Under the pieces are notes generated by a model. The model saw nothing but the letters and a program-made list of their open reading frames with translations. It had not been told where the DNA came from and did no database searches. This document shows positions 1 through 9,486 of a stretch of DNA of 32,000 bases, piece after piece (position 1 is the stretch's first letter; every line of letters starts with the position of its first letter). The position numbers were made by a program, and so were the translations under genes. The stretch is taken from positions 2,220,001-2,252,000 of the forward strand of contig NZ_CP047960.1 of assembly GCF_014280195.1 (NCBI RefSeq), in the 5' to 3' direction. The DNA is from Synechococcus sp. A15-24 (GTDB lineage Bacteria; Cyanobacteriota; Cyanobacteriia; PCC-6307; Cyanobiaceae).

Positions 1-507
1 TCGCTGAGTGTCCGCCTCCATCACCGAGAGGTCGGCACCCACTAGGGGTGCCAGGTCGATCTTGTTGATCACCAGCAGATCGGATCGGGTGATGCCAGGC
101 CCTCCCTTGCGGGGAATCTTGTCCCCAGCGGCGACATCGATCACATAAATGCAGAGGTCCACCAACTCCGGACTGAAGCTGGCAGCCAAGTTGTCGCCAC
201 CGCTTTCCACCATCACAAGATCCAGATCCGGAAACTGTTTCTCCAAATCGGCCACAGCCGCCCGGTTGATGGAACAGTCCTCACGGATCGCCGTATGCGG
301 ACAGCCGCCCGTTTCCACGCCGCGGATCCGTTCCGGCTCAAGGGCGCCAGCGCGCGTCAAAAATTGCGCATCTTCCTGGGTGTAGATGTCGTTGGTGACA
401 ACAGCCAGCTCAAGCTGACCGCGCAGTCTGTGGCAAAGCGCCTCCACCAACGCAGTTTTGCCGGAACCGACCGGACCGGCCACCCCAAGACGCAACTTGC
501 TGCTCAT
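1..507 (-). CDS. ureG: Urease accessory GTPase UreG (3' end cut by window edge; first 169 codons present)
   Basis: Not in the ORF track because it runs off the window. Minus-strand translation from ATG 507..505 stays open for all 169 codons: [77 protein letters not shown]... It has the P-loop GPVGSGKT and the UreG-typical ETGGCPH. The start overlaps the ureF stop (TGATG). Confidence 0.9.
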   Translation of the reverse strand, partial: MSSKLRLGVAGPVGSGKTALVEALCHRLRGQLELAVVTNDIYTQEDAQFLTRAGALEPERIRGVETGGCPHTAIREDCSINRAAVADLEKQFPDLDLVMVESGGDNLAASFSPELVDLCIYVIDVAAGDKIPRKGGPGITRSDLLVINKIDLAPLVGADLSVMEADTQR

Positions 508-1175
508 CAGCTCCGAAACAAGCGGGAATACAACTCAGCATGAGCGAGCTGCGCCATGCCAGCCCCAACGCCGCTGGTCCACAACTGCCGGGGATCCCGT
601 CGTTGCAGCTGCTCGGCCTGCCCAATGATGAATGGCAGCAAGCGGTTCTGCAGCTGCTGAGCCCGGCTGGGGCCCAACGGCAAGAGCCGCACCGCAGCAC
701 TGAGCTGATTGGCGACCCAGCCGTAGAGGTAGCCCTCCACCATCTCGCTCTCCGCCACCCCCAAGGCCTGCGCTGCCCATGCCCAGGCCGCTGGCCAGCT
801 CAACGCCACCTGCTCCGGCAAGGGGTGGCCCATCTCCGCGAGGAGATTGAGCAACGACCCACCCATCTGTCGTTGCTGAGCCCGCAGTTCAGCCGATTCA
901 CGACCGGCCAGCAGCCAGCCATCAAGATCCAGCACCCGGCAGCAGGCCGCGGTCTCTCCTGCTGACCATGCCGTGAATGCACGCAGCAGCGATGGCAACG
1001 CCGCCGCCTCCAATCGGATCGCCCCCCGCGACAGCTCCGCCTCCAACCAGGCCTGCAGTTGCTGCTCATCTCTGATCGTCTCCGACTGGATCAGAACTTC
1101 CAATCCCTCCGAATAACTGAAGCCACCAACCGGCAGAGCGGGGCTCACCAGCTGCAGCAGCGCCAGCGAACTCAT
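507..1175 (-). CDS. ureF: Urease accessory protein UreF
   Basis: 222-aa ORF beginning [26 protein letters not shown]..., a UreF-like N-terminus. Its ATG overlaps the ureE stop (ATGA) and its stop overlaps the ureG start. It sits in the ureEFG order. Confidence 0.9.
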   Translation of the reverse strand: MSSLALLQLVSPALPVGGFSYSEGLEVLIQSETIRDEQQLQAWLEAELSRGAIRLEAAALPSLLRAFTAWSAGETAACCRVLDLDGWLLAGRESAELRAQQRQMGGSLLNLLAEMGHPLPEQVALSWPAAWAWAAQALGVAESEMVEGYLYGWVANQLSAAVRLLPLGPSRAQQLQNRLLPFIIGQAEQLQRRDPRQLWTSGVGAGMAQLAHAELYSRLFRS

Positions 1176-1624
1176 CCGTGCTGATGGCCTGCGTAGGCGC
1201 CGCCTTCGGGCCGGAACGGTCGCTGACAGCGACTGAGCTGCAGACCACGGCTTTCCAGCATCGTCGCCAACACGGCGTCCTCCAGCAGATACAGATCCTG
1301 CTCATGCAGCTCGAGGGCCACATGTCTGTTTCCCAGGTGATAAGCCGCCTGCATCAACGCCAAGGCTGATGTCGCCCGCACCCGCAACAGCGCTTCGGTG
1401 GCTGCCGTCACTTCCACCCTGGCTGTACCAGCGGCATCACTGAGCTGATCCCCTGGCTGCAGGGCCCCGTCCCTTGGCAACTGCAACAGCACCTCCCGGC
1501 CACAGTCCGTGCGGCGACGGCCACGCACAACGCTGCGTTCATCCGCCGTGAGCGGCAACAGCAGATCAGCTTGATCAGCCCTGGCGGCAAGCCGTTGATC
1601 CAGAACAAGAACGGCCTGCGTCAC
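1172..1624 (-). CDS. ureE: Urease accessory metallochaperone UreE
   Basis: 150-aa ORF containing the ...AAYHLGNRHVALE... UreE core motif and a short His-containing tail (AGHQHG). First gene of the minus-strand ureEFG unit, divergent from ureD. Confidence 0.85.
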   Translation of the reverse strand: MTQAVLVLDQRLAARADQADLLLPLTADERSVVRGRRRTDCGREVLLQLPRDGALQPGDQLSDAAGTARVEVTAATEALLRVRATSALALMQAAYHLGNRHVALELHEQDLYLLEDAVLATMLESRGLQLSRCQRPFRPEGGAYAGHQHG

Positions 1625-1722
1625 CCGTGCTTCACGTAGAAACTCAAGCCTGCCCAGCCGTGGGCCAGCATTTGGTGATGGTTGTTACCGAGCTTCATCC
1701 CACGGCGAAGGAGCGTGCCCCC

Positions 1723-2658
1723 ATGCAATCCCTTGAGCCCTGGCACGGCCGCTGCCGGCTGCAGTTCCAAACCACCAACGGCAGCACCAAACACCAGGGG
1801 GGATGCACAGCTCCGTTCAAGCTGCTGCGGGCAGACGTGGGGGATCACGGCCGCTGTGAGCTGCCCCTTCTCCACACCGCCGGCGGCCTGGTGGGAGGCG
1901 ATGAGCTCAGCATTGAGCTTGACCTCGGCCCTGACAGTCGCAGCCTGATCACCAGCGTGGCGGCCCAGAAGGTCTACGGCTCCGTGGGCCGCAGCCGTCT
2001 CAATCCCGACGGAGCCTGGACCCAGCAGTCCGTGACCTGCAGGTTGGAAGACACCAGTGATCTGGAGTGGCTGCCCCAAGAACTGGTGCTCTACGCGGAC
2101 GCGTTGTTCCAACAGACCCTAACGGTGAGCCTGCCGAACAACGCCTCATTTCTCAGCGCCGAGATCGTGCGGCTGGGGCGCACCGCCGCAGGGGAGCAGC
2201 TAAGTCGCGGGCGCTGGCGCTCCTGCCTTGAGATTCAGCGCGAAGGGGCGCACCAGCCCCGATGGGAGCTGGTGGACCGGCTGGAACTGAGCGACACCAG
2301 CCTCAACGACCCCCACGGACTTGGTGGTGCTCCCGTGTTCGGCTCACTGGTTTGGGCAGCACCAATGCCCTTGACCGGTGAGCAGATCACCCTGCTGCTG
2401 GCGGGAGCCCGCAGCGACCGTGACGGCCTTGAGGGAACCATGCGCTGCAGCAGCCTTGATCAAGGGCTGATCGCCCGCTACGCCGGCCCCTCCAGCCGCG
2501 ATGCCCGCTTCTGGTTCAGCCGAATCTGGGCACGAACCCGCGCCTTACGGGGACTCTCCACGCCGCGCATTCCTCGGGTCTGGCCCCTGCAGGAACAGCC
2601 GTTGATGGGACAACCGTTCACGGCGAACGCTTCACCGACCGCTGCAACGACACACTGA
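1723..2658 (+). CDS. ureD: Urease accessory protein UreD
   Basis: The track ORF starts at 1627. The ATG at 1723 (MQSLEPWHGRCRLQF...) is preceded by GAAGGAG (1707-1713) and leaves a ~100-nt divergent promoter region. Contains the UreD/UreH-like ...LLHTAGGLVGGDEL... motif. The start position is the uncertain part. Confidence 0.85.
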   Translation: MQSLEPWHGRCRLQFQTTNGSTKHQGGCTAPFKLLRADVGDHGRCELPLLHTAGGLVGGDELSIELDLGPDSRSLITSVAAQKVYGSVGRSRLNPDGAWTQQSVTCRLEDTSDLEWLPQELVLYADALFQQTLTVSLPNNASFLSAEIVRLGRTAAGEQLSRGRWRSCLEIQREGAHQPRWELVDRLELSDTSLNDPHGLGGAPVFGSLVWAAPMPLTGEQITLLLAGARSDRDGLEGTMRCSSLDQGLIARYAGPSSRDARFWFSRIWARTRALRGLSTPRIPRVWPLQEQPLMGQPFTANASPTAATTH

Positions 2659-2676
2659 AGAGGACCCAGGCTCTCC

Positions 2677-2979
2677 ATGCATCTCAGTCCCCAGGAAAAG
2701 GACAAGCTCCTGATCGTGACCGCGGCGCTGCTGGCCGAGAGGCGCTTGAACCGTGGCCTGAAGCTCAACCACCCCGAAGCAGTGGCCTGGCTCAGTTTTC
2801 TGGTGCTTGAAGGCGCCCGTGACGGCAAGAGCGTGGCGGAGCTGATGCAGGAAGGCACCACCTGGCTGCGTCAGGACCAGGTGATGGAGGGCGTACCCGA
2901 GCTCGTCCATGAGGTGCAGATCGAGGCCGTCTTCCCCGATGGCACCAAGCTCGTCACCCTGCATGACCCGATTCGCTGA
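2677..2979 (+). CDS. ureA: Urease gamma subunit UreA
   Basis: 100 aa, [37 protein letters not shown]..., the canonical urease gamma sequence. Confidence 0.95.
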   Translation: MHLSPQEKDKLLIVTAALLAERRLNRGLKLNHPEAVAWLSFLVLEGARDGKSVAELMQEGTTWLRQDQVMEGVPELVHEVQIEAVFPDGTKLVTLHDPIR

Positions 2980-2989
2980 GACAGAACCC

Positions 2990-3310
2990 ATGGCACCTCT
3001 CATTCCAGGCGAACTGCTTCCCGAACCGGGTGAACTCGAACTGAATGCAGGCCGACCCGTCACCACGGTGAGCGTCTCCAACAGTGGGGATCGCCCTGTG
3101 CAAGTGGGCTCCCATTTCCATTTCGCCGAAGCCAACGCCGCCCTGCAGTTCGACCGGGCCGCAGCCCGCGGTCAACGGCTCGACATCCCCGCCGGCACGG
3201 CCATCCGCTTTGAACCCGGCGACAGCCGCGACGTGAACCTGATTCCCTTCGCCGGTGCGCGACGCGTCATCGGCTTCAACGGCCAGATCAACGGACCCCT
3301 CGACGCCTGA
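2990..3310 (+). CDS. ureB: Urease beta subunit UreB
   Basis: ATG at 2990 ([47 protein letters not shown]...), 10 nt after the ureA stop. The 2909 start in the track would overlap ureA in another frame. Confidence 0.95.
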   Translation: MAPLIPGELLPEPGELELNAGRPVTTVSVSNSGDRPVQVGSHFHFAEANAALQFDRAAARGQRLDIPAGTAIRFEPGDSRDVNLIPFAGARRVIGFNGQINGPLDA

Positions 3311-3313
3311 CCC

Positions 3314-5023
3314 ATGCCCTACCGCATCTCCCGCCAGGCCTACGCCGAGACCTACGGACCCACCACCGGCGACCGGGTTCGCCTGGCCGACACCGAGCTG
3401 ATCCTCGAAGTCGAGAAGGATTTCACCGTGTACGGCGACGAGGTGAAGTTCGGCGGCGGCAAGGTGATTCGCGATGGCATGGGCCAGTCCCAGACCCCTC
3501 GAGCCGAGGGCGCCGTCGACACGGTGATCACCAATGCTCTGATCCTGGATTGGTGGGGCATCGTCAAAGCCGATGTCGGACTGAAAGACGGCCGGATCGT
3601 GGGCATCGGCAAAGCCGGCAACCCCGACACCCAGGAAGGGGTGACCATCGTGGTGGGCCCCGGCACCGAGGCGATCGCTGGGGAAGGTCACATCCTCACG
3701 GCCGGTGGCATCGACACCCACATCCACTTCATCTGCCCCCAGCAGATCGAAACAGCTCTGGCCAGTGGCGTCACCACCCTGATGGGAGGCGGCACCGGAC
3801 CAGCCACCGGCACCAACGCCACCACCTGCACCCCCGGCGCCTTCCACATCGGGCGAATGCTCCAGGCAGCGGAAGGCCTGCCGGTGAATCTGGGCTTCTT
3901 CGGCAAGGGCAACGCCAGCACCCCTGAAGCCCTGGAAGAACAGGTGCGCGCCGGCGCCTGCGGCTTGAAGCTGCATGAAGACTGGGGCACCACACCGGCA
4001 ACGATCGATGCCTGCCTGTCGGTGGCCGACCGGATGGATGTGCAGGTGTGCATCCACACCGACACCTTGAATGAAGCCGGCTTCGTGGAAGACACGATCG
4101 CCGCCATCAAGGGACGCACCATTCACACCTTCCACACCGAAGGTGCCGGCGGCGGCCATGCACCGGACATCATCAAGATCTGCGGCAAAGCGAATGTGCT
4201 GCCAAGCAGCACCAACCCCACCCGGCCCTACACCCGCAACACGCTTGAGGAGCACCTCGACATGCTGATGGTGTGCCACCACCTCGATCCGAAGATCCCG
4301 GAAGACGTGGCTTTTGCCGAATCGCGGATTCGCCGCGAAACGATCGCCGCCGAAGACATCCTTCACGACCTGGGCGCCTTCTCGATCATCGCCAGCGACT
4401 CCCAGGCCATGGGGCGCGTGGGCGAAGTGATCACCCGCACCTTCCAGACCGCCCACAAGATGAAGGTGCAGCGCGGTGCACTGCCGGAAGACTCCAACCG
4501 CAATGACAACCATCGGCTGAAGCGCTACATCGCCAAGGTGACAATCAACCCCGCTCTTGCCCATGGCATCAGCAGCGAGGTGGGCTCGATCGAAACCGGC
4601 AAGCTCGCCGATCTCGTGCTGTGGAAGCCGGGCTTCTTCGGCATTCGCCCGGAACTAGTGGTGAAGGGCGGTTCGATCGTCTGGGCCCAGATGGGCGATG
4701 CGAACGCCTCGATCCCAACCCCCGGCCCCGTGCACGGCCGGCCGATGTTCGGCGCCTTCGGCAAAGCCCTCGCCCCCAGTTGTCTCACCTTCGTGAGCGA
4801 AGCGGCGATGGATGCCGACATCCAATCAAAACTCAGGCTTGACCGCACTTGCATGGCGGTGAAGGACACCCGCAGCGTGGGCAAGAGCGCCCTCAAGCTG
4901 AATGCAGCGCTGCCCAAGGTGAGCGTGGACCCGCAGACCTATGAGGTGTTCGCCGACGGTGAACTGCTCACCTGCGAGCCCGCTGAGGTGCTGCCCCTGG
5001 CCCAGCGCTATCTGTTGCTGTAA
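3314..5023 (+). CDS. ureC: Urease alpha (catalytic) subunit UreC
   Basis: 569 aa. Contains the Ni-site and flap motifs [38 protein letters not shown] and MLMVCHHLD. Starts 3 nt after the ureB stop. Confidence 0.97.
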   Translation: MPYRISRQAYAETYGPTTGDRVRLADTELILEVEKDFTVYGDEVKFGGGKVIRDGMGQSQTPRAEGAVDTVITNALILDWWGIVKADVGLKDGRIVGIGKAGNPDTQEGVTIVVGPGTEAIAGEGHILTAGGIDTHIHFICPQQIETALASGVTTLMGGGTGPATGTNATTCTPGAFHIGRMLQAAEGLPVNLGFFGKGNASTPEALEEQVRAGACGLKLHEDWGTTPATIDACLSVADRMDVQVCIHTDTLNEAGFVEDTIAAIKGRTIHTFHTEGAGGGHAPDIIKICGKANVLPSSTNPTRPYTRNTLEEHLDMLMVCHHLDPKIPEDVAFAESRIRRETIAAEDILHDLGAFSIIASDSQAMGRVGEVITRTFQTAHKMKVQRGALPEDSNRNDNHRLKRYIAKVTINPALAHGISSEVGSIETGKLADLVLWKPGFFGIRPELVVKGGSIVWAQMGDANASIPTPGPVHGRPMFGAFGKALAPSCLTFVSEAAMDADIQSKLRLDRTCMAVKDTRSVGKSALKLNAALPKVSVDPQTYEVFADGELLTCEPAEVLPLAQRYLLL

Positions 5024-5127
5024 TGCAGAGGACACCGCAAGGTTTTCTTATTCACCAATTCAATAGAAAAGTCAAGTTGGTATCACCATGAACGACATTC
5101 AAGAATTCCGTCTCTGCATAATTAATT

Positions 5128-5143
5128 TGTAGCAACTGCTACA
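5128..5143 (+). promoter_or_regulatory. Candidate NtcA binding site, perfect TGTA-N8-TACA (TGTAGCAACTGCTACA)
   Basis: Read directly in the AT-rich spacer after ureC. The site centre is ~92 nt upstream of the ATG at 5227. The expected -10 element ~22-24 nt downstream is only TAAGGC (5167-5172), which is imperfect. Confidence 0.55.
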
Positions 5144-5226
5144 GACGTTCACCTTGCCTCTCTCGGTAAGGCGCAGTTCGACTCAGGCCATGGAACGGGG
5201 ACCTGAGCTTGCTTCGAGGAACCACC

Positions 5227-5394
5227 ATGACGACTCTTCTCTACAGAGGTCACGCCTACCAGCAGGTCAAAGACGCTGCTCAACAGCAGAGCGTGCAACT
5301 CACCTACCGCCGCAACGTGTATCAAGCCCGCCAGGCTGATGTGCGTCAGGCCCGGGTTCAGCTCACCTACCGGGGTGTCAGCTACCTGCGCTGA
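5227..5394 (+). CDS. Small DUF4278-type repeat protein (55 aa)
   Basis: MTTLLYRGHAYQQVKDAAQQQSVQLTYRRNVYQARQADVRQARVQLTYRGVSYLR carries three copies of the L-x-YRG/R-x-x-Y module typical of cyanobacterial DUF4278 proteins. A GAGGA lies 7 nt upstream of the ATG at 5227. The track's 5209 start adds 6 residues. Confidence 0.7.
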   Translation: MTTLLYRGHAYQQVKDAAQQQSVQLTYRRNVYQARQADVRQARVQLTYRGVSYLR

Positions 5395-5405
5395 AAACCG
5401 CTTCT

Positions 5406-6080
5406 TCAGGCGACAAGCCGGTTGAGCATGGGCAATTCCAGCAGTTCATCGCGCCACTGCTGAGCCCATCGATCCTGGCTGCGTTCGTAGAGCTCCATCA
5501 GCTCCTCGACAGCACCGGCACGGTAGTCAACGCGAAGGTCCAGCAATGGAAATGCCGCTTCGCCGCTCACCTGCAGAGCGGCGGAGGTGCAGCTTGGTGA
5601 ACGTTGGTCGCCACCAGCCTGCTCTCCTGCCAGCAGGGCAGTCATCAAACGATGGCCCAGTTTCCAGTTGGGATCACTGGTGAGAAACGTCTGTTCCATC
5701 GCCTCCAGCACCACTTCGCCAGCCAGGCAGTTACCCGCAACCGAAAGGTTGGGATGATGCCGATGACCGGCCCATCCGCCGCACTCAACTCCAGTCCAGC
5801 AAGCCGTGCGCCCATCAAGATCGATCAGATGGAACTGGCGCCAATCCCGTTGGGGGTCATCCAGCAGAAGGCTGTTCAGCACATCCTGCGCATCCGCATG
5901 CTGTTCAAGACGCTCCAGTCCGCAAATTCCCAGATAAGGATTGGTGTGAGCTTGGGTTGCGACGGCACCAACTCCAGATCGGATGTGGGGAACAGTGGAG
6001 CCCACGGCCAGGTGACAGGTCGCTACGGCAACGCCGAAACGACCGTTGTTGGGATCTCGCGCCAGGATTGAAAAGGTCAA
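5406..6080 (-). CDS. DUF1028 family protein (Ntn-hydrolase fold, predicted amidohydrolase)
   Basis: (M)TFSILARDPNNGRFGVAVATCHLAVGSTVPHIRSGVGAVATQAHTNPYLG... matches the conserved DUF1028 N-terminus. I place the start at TTG 6080..6078, which overlaps the upstream stop as cTTGAcc and yields Met-Thr. The track's longer ORF (to 6140) would overlap the upstream gene by 64 nt. Confidence 0.75.
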   Translation of the reverse strand: MTFSILARDPNNGRFGVAVATCHLAVGSTVPHIRSGVGAVATQAHTNPYLGICGLERLEQHADAQDVLNSLLLDDPQRDWRQFHLIDLDGRTACWTGVECGGWAGHRHHPNLSVAGNCLAGEVVLEAMEQTFLTSDPNWKLGHRLMTALLAGEQAGGDQRSPSCTSAALQVSGEAAFPLLDLRVDYRAGAVEELMELYERSQDRWAQQWRDELLELPMLNRLVA

Positions 6081-7393
6081 GACAGCTCGAGATCCAAACG
6101 CTGCAGCGTCCCCAGCAAGACGGCAGCCCCAGCCCAGCACTGCTCGTCACTGGTGAATTCCTTGGCTGAGTGGCTGAGCCCACCACGGCTGGGGACGAAG
6201 ATCATTCCCATCGGCCAGCGACGCCCGATCTCCTGAGCATCGTGACTGGCACGGCTGGGGAGGTGGCTATGCGACAACCCCAGATCCTCTGCAGCAGAGA
6301 CGATCGCTGCCATCACTCCATCCGCTGCAGCTGTGGGTTCCACCTCAAATTGCGGTTCCAACTGGATTGGGCATCCGGTTTCGGCACCGATTCGCTCCAC
6401 CTGCTGCATCAACTCAGCCACCAACTGATCGAGCACAACTGAGTTCACATCCCGAAGGTCAACGGTCAGTGCCACTGAGCCCGGCACCACATTGGCGGCG
6501 TTGGGCCAGACCTCGAGTCGACCAACTGTGGCAACGGGATCGCCCGGGTGCTGTCGTGCCATCGTCTCCACTGCCAGCACGATCCGAGACGCCGCCACCA
6601 GAGCGTCCTGCCGCAGGGTCATCGGCGTGGTGCCGGCGTGGTTCGGCTGACCATCCACCTGGATGCTGAAACGGCGTTGTCCCACAACGCCCTCCACCAC
6701 ACCGATGTCGTCACCGCGTTGCTCGAGCACGCCTCCCTGTTCCACATGAAGCTCAAGAAAAGCAGCACACGCATCGTCCGCCCGACGCGCTGAGGCCAAC
6801 GATGGCCAGTGGCCACCGATACGAGCGAGATTGTCCTCGATCGGTTCCCGATTGCTGGTGGCATAGGCCTTGGGGTCACAGGAAGCCGTTCCGGCCATGC
6901 CCTTGCACCCAACCATCGTCGATTCCTCATCGGCGAAGGCGATCAACTCGAGATCGTGCTGAAGACAAATGCTGTTGTCCTGCAAGGAGCGACAGACTTC
7001 AAGACCTGCCAGAACCCCCAACACACCGTCAAAGCGCCCACCGGTGGGAACGGTGTCGAGGTGGGAACCGGTCATCAGTGCTGGGCGATCCGGATCCAAC
7101 CCCTGAAGCCGACCGATCAGGTTGCCCACCGTATCGATCCGAACCTGAAGACCAGCCTCGTTCATCCATCGGGCCAGCAAGGCACGTCCCGCAACGTCCT
7201 CAGTCGAGAAACCCCGTCGACAGACGCTGCCATCGGGCTGCAGCCCAATGGCAGCCATTTCAGCCAAGGATTGCATCAGACGCTCACGGTTGGGTCGAAT
7301 GCCCACCTGTGCGTTCGACCGAGCAGTGACCTGGCATGTGGTCAGGAGGGACGGCAATGCAGTGGCCTTCAGATCAAAAGATCTTTTCACCAT
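6077..7393 (-). CDS. M20-family amidohydrolase of the carbamoylase / allantoate amidohydrolase / beta-ureidopropionase type
   Basis: 438 aa. Contains ...LMTGSHLDTVPTGGRFDGVLGVLAGLEV... and ...QPNHAGTTPM..., signatures of the hydantoinase/carbamoylase amidase family. The exact start is uncertain. Confidence 0.8.
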   Translation of the reverse strand: MVKRSFDLKATALPSLLTTCQVTARSNAQVGIRPNRERLMQSLAEMAAIGLQPDGSVCRRGFSTEDVAGRALLARWMNEAGLQVRIDTVGNLIGRLQGLDPDRPALMTGSHLDTVPTGGRFDGVLGVLAGLEVCRSLQDNSICLQHDLELIAFADEESTMVGCKGMAGTASCDPKAYATSNREPIEDNLARIGGHWPSLASARRADDACAAFLELHVEQGGVLEQRGDDIGVVEGVVGQRRFSIQVDGQPNHAGTTPMTLRQDALVAASRIVLAVETMARQHPGDPVATVGRLEVWPNAANVVPGSVALTVDLRDVNSVVLDQLVAELMQQVERIGAETGCPIQLEPQFEVEPTAAADGVMAAIVSAAEDLGLSHSHLPSRASHDAQEIGRRWPMGMIFVPSRGGLSHSAKEFTSDEQCWAGAAVLLGTLQRLDLELS

Positions 7394-7452
7394 CGCCGCA
7401 GCGACCCAAACGGCCTGTCGTCAATGCGACGTTTTAACCCTCACCAAAGAAT

Positions 7453-9477
7453 TCAAACGGGCATCAGCACCCGCCACCCGAGGCGATCAGCCTGCTCGCG
7501 AGCCTGGGCTGGCACATCGGCCGCTACAAACATCCGATGCAGCATCTGGACACCCAGGAGGTGGTTGATGACGGCGTCCATCTGAACCCGCTCGGCGTCG
7601 GTAGTGGCAGGGTCGTCGTGGCGCGCAAACAAGGCACTAACGCCCTCTTTGCTCAACAACCCAGCCGCATCAATCGCTTCATCACTCAGGTAATCATCAG
7701 CCAACTGCTTCATCTGCGCCCACTTCTCGGGCTCCGTGTGGGCCGGGGGCGCCATGAAGGCAAATTTTTCGCGCTTGTAGAGCACCTCCGGCAGTAGGCC
7801 CGCCATGGCCTCCCGCAGCACATATTTCTCAGTTTTCCCCTTGATCCGCAGCTCTGGAGGCACCTGAACCGCCGCGGCCGCCAGATGGTGATCCAGGAAA
7901 GCCGGCCGTGCCTCCATGGAGTTGGCCATGTCGACGCGATCACCTCCCCAGGTGAGGATCTGGCCTTCCAACATCGTTTTGATCCAGACGTACTGAGCCT
8001 TGTCGAGGGCATGGCGACCATCGAGTTGCTGGGGATTCAACTGCTCAGCAATGGCCTTACCTGGCGAGTACTCCACCAACGCCTGACGGTGCTCGTCAGC
8101 CAGCAGATCCGGCACCAGCGGCGCGCAGGCCAGCCAAGGCTGCAGACAGCTGGGGGTGAAGCCCACCACGGCATCAAGATCGGGATCATCCACCTGATCG
8201 GCCGCCAGCATCGCTCCCTGCACCAGCGAATTGTTGGTCTGCAGCAGAGACTCCCAATCCTGGCGATCGTTCTGCGGCAGTGCCTCCAGACCATGGAGGA
8301 ACATGTCACGCCGAAACGCGGGATAGCCACCAAACAGCTCGTCTGACCCTTCCCCGGTCATCACGACTTTGTAGTCGACACTGTTGACATGGCGACTCAT
8401 CAAGTATTTGGCCACAGCCAAGGTGTTGTAAATCGTGCGCTCGGTGTGCCAGAGCGTTTGTTCCATGTGGCCGTACAACTCACGACCCGACAGACGCATG
8501 ACGTCCTGCTCGGCACCGGTGGCCTCCGCCATCTCGGCAGCAATGGGTGTTTCGTCGTAGCGCGCATCATCGAAGCCGATCGTGAAGGCCTTGACGGGAC
8601 CCTGACTCACCGCCGACGCAAGACCGAGGATCGAACAACTGTCGATGCCGCCTGAGAGGTAACAACCCACGGGCACGTCGGCCACCATCCGCATCTCCAC
8701 CGCTTCCAGCAAAGCAGCACGAACATTGGCGATGTGATCAGCCTCCGTGAGGGTGCTGTCCCGCTGATCCAAACGTGGAAAATCGACATCCCAGTAGGTC
8801 GACTTCGACACCTCCAGCCGGTCACCCCTGCGCTGCACCTTCAGCACATGACCGGGCTGAACCTGGTGCACCCCGGCGAAGGCGGTAGTTCCCGGGACCA
8901 TGGTCTGCATCAACTGATGAAAAAGACCCTCCGACGTGAAACGTCGCTCCACGGCCGGGTGAGCAAACAGCACCTTCAACTCGGAGCCGAACACCAACCC
9001 CTCCGGCGTCATCGTCCAGTACTGGGGCTTGATGCCGAAGCGATCCCTCACCAAATAGAGACAGTCATCCGCCGCATCAAACAGCGCAAAGGCGAATTCC
9101 CCCCGCAGCAAAGGCAACGTGGACTCGAGACCCTGCCGTTGATACAGGCGCAGCAAAATCTCGGAATCACTCTTCGAGGAGAAACGCACCCCCTGGGCGG
9201 TGAGATCAGCTCGGATGCGCTGAAAGTCGTAGAACTCGCCGTTGTGCGCCATCAGCACCTGACGGTCGTTGCTGAGAAACGGCTGACGTGCCCGGGATTC
9301 GTTCAAATCAATGATCGACAAGCGGGCATGACAGAAGCCGACACCGGCTGCGTCGAGGCATTCCACACCGAAACCATCCGGTCCGCGATGGGACTGGATG
9401 GCCGCCATGTTGACCAACAGCTGGCGATCCAACGTCTGATGACGATCCGCCAGAAACACACCTCCGATTCCGCACAT
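7453..9477 (-). CDS. Asparagine synthase (glutamine-hydrolysing)-type amidotransferase, long form (674 aa)
   Basis: MCGIGGVF... provides the Cys2 Ntn nucleophile. Also has HRGPDG, SDSEILL, and the PP-loop CYLSGGIDSC. The start lies 9 nt after the upstream stop, with GAGG spanning that stop. Confidence 0.85.
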   Translation of the reverse strand: MCGIGGVFLADRHQTLDRQLLVNMAAIQSHRGPDGFGVECLDAAGVGFCHARLSIIDLNESRARQPFLSNDRQVLMAHNGEFYDFQRIRADLTAQGVRFSSKSDSEILLRLYQRQGLESTLPLLRGEFAFALFDAADDCLYLVRDRFGIKPQYWTMTPEGLVFGSELKVLFAHPAVERRFTSEGLFHQLMQTMVPGTTAFAGVHQVQPGHVLKVQRRGDRLEVSKSTYWDVDFPRLDQRDSTLTEADHIANVRAALLEAVEMRMVADVPVGCYLSGGIDSCSILGLASAVSQGPVKAFTIGFDDARYDETPIAAEMAEATGAEQDVMRLSGRELYGHMEQTLWHTERTIYNTLAVAKYLMSRHVNSVDYKVVMTGEGSDELFGGYPAFRRDMFLHGLEALPQNDRQDWESLLQTNNSLVQGAMLAADQVDDPDLDAVVGFTPSCLQPWLACAPLVPDLLADEHRQALVEYSPGKAIAEQLNPQQLDGRHALDKAQYVWIKTMLEGQILTWGGDRVDMANSMEARPAFLDHHLAAAAVQVPPELRIKGKTEKYVLREAMAGLLPEVLYKREKFAFMAPPAHTEPEKWAQMKQLADDYLSDEAIDAAGLLSKEGVSALFARHDDPATTDAERVQMDAVINHLLGVQMLHRMFVAADVPAQAREQADRLGWRVLMPV

Positions 9478-9486
9478 CAGTTCGCC

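Noticed and set aside
1675-1688. GTG-N8-TAC (GTGATGGTTGTTAC) NtcA-like site in the ureE/ureD divergent region
   Set aside because: A class-II activator site centred at 1681.5 would put the transcription start at about the ureD ATG (1723). That is downstream of the GAAGGAG ribosome-binding site at 1707-1713. No matching -10 element exists for the ureE direction either. It may still be a weak or repressive site, but I cannot support it.
2954-4564. 536-aa minus-strand ORF, the longest 'extra' ORF in the track
   Set aside because: It is entirely antisense to ureB/ureC, whose identity is unambiguous. The product is a low-complexity Gly/Ala/Val/His-rich sequence typical of antisense frames in high-GC DNA. 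No motif recognised.
5088-5132. 14-codon ORF MNDIQEFRLCIINL in the ureC-DUF4278 spacer
   Set aside because: It is too short, has no RBS, and runs into the NtcA box. Most likely a chance ORF in AT-rich promoter DNA.
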